From: an uncultured Verrucomicrobiae bacterium
GTDB taxonomy: Bacteria > Verrucomicrobiota > Verrucomicrobiia > Chthoniobacterales > UBA10450
Length of the DNA: 64,000 bases
Reading direction: 5' to 3'
NCBI GenBank assembly: GCA_963834385.1
Contig: CAWIBO010000002.1
Location: 416,001-480,000, forward strand
Both the position numbers and the translations under genes were made by a program. Under the pieces are notes generated by a model. That model made no database searches, was not told the DNA's origin, and worked only from the letters and a program-made list of their open reading frames with translations. Shown here piece by piece: positions 62,023-64,000 of this stretch (position 1 is its first letter; each line of letters starts with the position of its first letter).

Positions 62023-62583
62023 ATGAGCCCTGAAGAAATCTTACTGGAGGCGGAAGTGTCGATGGAAAAAAGCGTCGACTACATGGTGCACGAGTTTGCC
62101 GCCGTCCGCACCGGCAAGGCCTCCCCGGCCCTGGTGGAGAACGTCGACGTCGACGCCTATGGCTCGGCCATGAAACTGAAGCAGCTCGCGCTCATCACCA
62201 CGCCGGAGCCGCGTCTCCTCGTCGTCCAGCCGTTCGATGCCAGCATGGTCCAGGTCATCGAAAAGGCGCTCAAGGAGTCGAAGATCGGCATTACCCCCGC
62301 GGTGGACGGCAAGATCATCCGCCTTCCCGTGCCCGAGCTCTCCGAGGAACGCCGGCGCGACCTCGTCAAATCCCTCAAGCAGATGGCGGAGGAAGCCCGC
62401 GTGCGCGTCCGCTCGAATCGCCGGACCGCGATTGACGAGGCGAAAAAGGCCAAGACCTCCGGCGACCTGACCGAGGATGGCCTCCGCGATACCGAAGCCG
62501 ACATCCAGAAGCTGACCGACAAATACGTCAAGTCGATCGACGACCACTTCGAGCGCAAGGAAGCCGAAGTGATGAAAGTCTGA
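62023..62583 (+). CDS. frr: Ribosome recycling factor
   Basis: VRTGKASP, PELSEERR, IQKLTD. Confidence 0.97.
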   Translation: MSPEEILLEAEVSMEKSVDYMVHEFAAVRTGKASPALVENVDVDAYGSAMKLKQLALITTPEPRLLVVQPFDASMVQVIEKALKESKIGITPAVDGKIIRLPVPELSEERRRDLVKSLKQMAEEARVRVRSNRRTAIDEAKKAKTSGDLTEDGLRDTEADIQKLTDKYVKSIDDHFERKEAEVMKV

Positions 62584-62626
62584 GGAGCCGGGCTCAGGCC
62601 GATTAAGCGGCGGCGCTTCCCCTTCC

Positions 62627-62777
62627 GTCATCCCGAGCGCACGCGAGGGACCCCACAAGCGTTAATCAGCGGCCAATTCCCTGGAAAAGGGGCATCCCGC
62701 CAGGGCGCTTCCCATTCACAAAACCACATCCTCGCTCTCAAAACGTTCGTGGGGTCCTTCGCTTCGCTCAGGATGAC
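62627..62777. repeat. REP-like palindromic element between convergent genes
   Basis: GTCATCCCGAGCGCACGCGAGGGACCCCAC ... GTGGGGTCCTTCGCTTCGCTCAGGATGAC imperfect inverted repeat. Confidence 0.8.
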
Positions 62778-62789
62778 AAGGCGCCCGGC

Positions 62790-63605
62790 TTAGAGCCGCA
62801 CCAGGTCCAGCAGGAACTGGCACCAGAGATAGACCATCCCGCGCCACGAGTATTTCACTTCGCCCGCGGGCGTCTGGGTCAGGACGCCTTCGTCCAGGTT
62901 GTGGGCAATCTGCGCGCGCAAATCGTTCTCCATCTCGGCCTGGATGCGGTCGTTATCCAGCGCTTCGATCGCCTCGACCTGGACCTGGTTCTTCCGCAAG
63001 AATTCCTTGTGGCTCTGGTAGAGCTGCCAGAAGGACTGGTCGGGCTTTTGCCGATTGATCCGGTACTGCGGGGTGAGTTTCAGGCCGTAGGAGAGCGGAT
63101 AATTCCAGGTCGTCCAAACCTGGCCATCACGCGCCCGCGAGGAGATGCGCAGGTAATAAAAAGAGAGATCGTGCTGCTCGTTCAGGCAAATGGTGGCCTG
63201 GGCCCGGTCTTCCTCCCGGTAGTAAAGCCGGAAGAATTGCCGGTAGTCCTCCCAGTCCCAGCCTGAATCGCTCACGTGCCGGAACCCCTCGTTTTCGATC
63301 TCCTGCGAGATCTCGTCCAGGGTCGGGAAAACCTCGTGCGCCGGCGGGCTCTTGGGCCGAAGCGCTTTCTCCTTCGGCAGCCTCAACGCCCGGATCCGGG
63401 TGAGGATTTCCAGCCAGGGCAGAAAGAGCCAGCTCAAGGCCGCCAACAAGCCGAGGAGCCAGCTGTCGGTGACGAAGAAAACGCCCAGAAAGGTGGCCGT
63501 GAGAATGCCCAGGGCCCCGACTTTCTGCGCCCAGGCCGCCTGGTAACTGCGCAGGGCGACACTGAGAACCGCCACCCCGAGCGTGAGGAAGAGTCCGAAC
63601 AACAT
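62790..63605 (-). CDS. Hypothetical membrane protein (3 N-terminal TMs + soluble domain)
   Basis: Hydrophobic N-terminus, plausible composition, start abuts the glutaredoxin stop. Confidence 0.75.
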   Translation of the reverse strand: MLFGLFLTLGVAVLSVALRSYQAAWAQKVGALGILTATFLGVFFVTDSWLLGLLAALSWLFLPWLEILTRIRALRLPKEKALRPKSPPAHEVFPTLDEISQEIENEGFRHVSDSGWDWEDYRQFFRLYYREEDRAQATICLNEQHDLSFYYLRISSRARDGQVWTTWNYPLSYGLKLTPQYRINRQKPDQSFWQLYQSHKEFLRKNQVQVEAIEALDNDRIQAEMENDLRAQIAHNLDEGVLTQTPAGEVKYSWRGMVYLWCQFLLDLVRL

Positions 63606-63857
63606 CTAGGGCTCGATCCGATGCTCGCGCAAAAACGCCTCCAGCTGATCGGTGTCGAAGTTGGCCAGGACCTCGTCCCCTGCGGCCAGGGTCGGCACGT
63701 AGGTCTGCTCGGACAGCTCCACCATTTCGCGGTAGGCCTCGCGGTCCTGCCCGACGTCGATCTCGGTGAATTTATAGCCGCGTTCCGCCAGGTATTCCTT
63801 GGCATCGATGCACCAGGAACACCATTCACGGCTGTAAAGTTTGAGGTCAGCGGCCAT
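63606..63857 (-). CDS. Glutaredoxin-like protein
   Basis: YSREWCSWC, QTYVPTL. Confidence 0.9.
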   Translation of the reverse strand: MAADLKLYSREWCSWCIDAKEYLAERGYKFTEIDVGQDREAYREMVELSEQTYVPTLAAGDEVLANFDTDQLEAFLREHRIEP

Positions 63858-64000
63858 GGGAGGGAATAAACGGGACTGCGTTCGGGCGTCAACCGGCCCG
63901 CTAGTAGGACTTGGCCCAGACTACGCGCTGCCGGCTCGGTTCGCCGGTGAAAGGACAGCGGCCCGGTTCCCCCGTGGCCCCGCCCGGGATGCAGCGAATC

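Overview
GC-rich bacterial chromosomal window, most likely Verrucomicrobiota of the Chthoniobacterales/Spartobacteria type. This rests on a PVC-signature small basic protein, a stand-alone SWIB protein, a PEP-CTERM tail and 'NISTRG'-type C-terminal repeats. Most of it is housekeeping and envelope genes: rsmE, dnaJ, grpE, cmk, aroA, nadB, panC, putA, rsmI, rplU, rpmA, adk-like, fmt, pyrH, frr, LPS/glycosyltransferases, dsbD, ybbAP/tesA and signalling proteins. About nine single-base frameshifts, some in essential genes, point to uncorrected long-read indels rather than pseudogenes. The most interesting items are: (1) a secreted protein whose predicted mature N-terminus aligns in register with TIMP-1, lying between two prodomain-less matrixin (MMP-like) genes, a candidate bacterial MMP/TIMP-like pair; (2) a ~155-bp composite tandem-repeat array between rsmE and dnaJ with a vapBC module inserted in register, plus an inverted, TIR-bounded copy beyond rsmE; (3) an in-frame chimera of an adenine deaminase N-terminus and a PEP-CTERM protein next to a truncated GT4 at the edge of a lower-GC glycosylation island; (4) MBL-nuclease/DNA-ligase and LpxL/WaaF gene fusions. 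All calls come from reading motifs by eye; no database searches were run.
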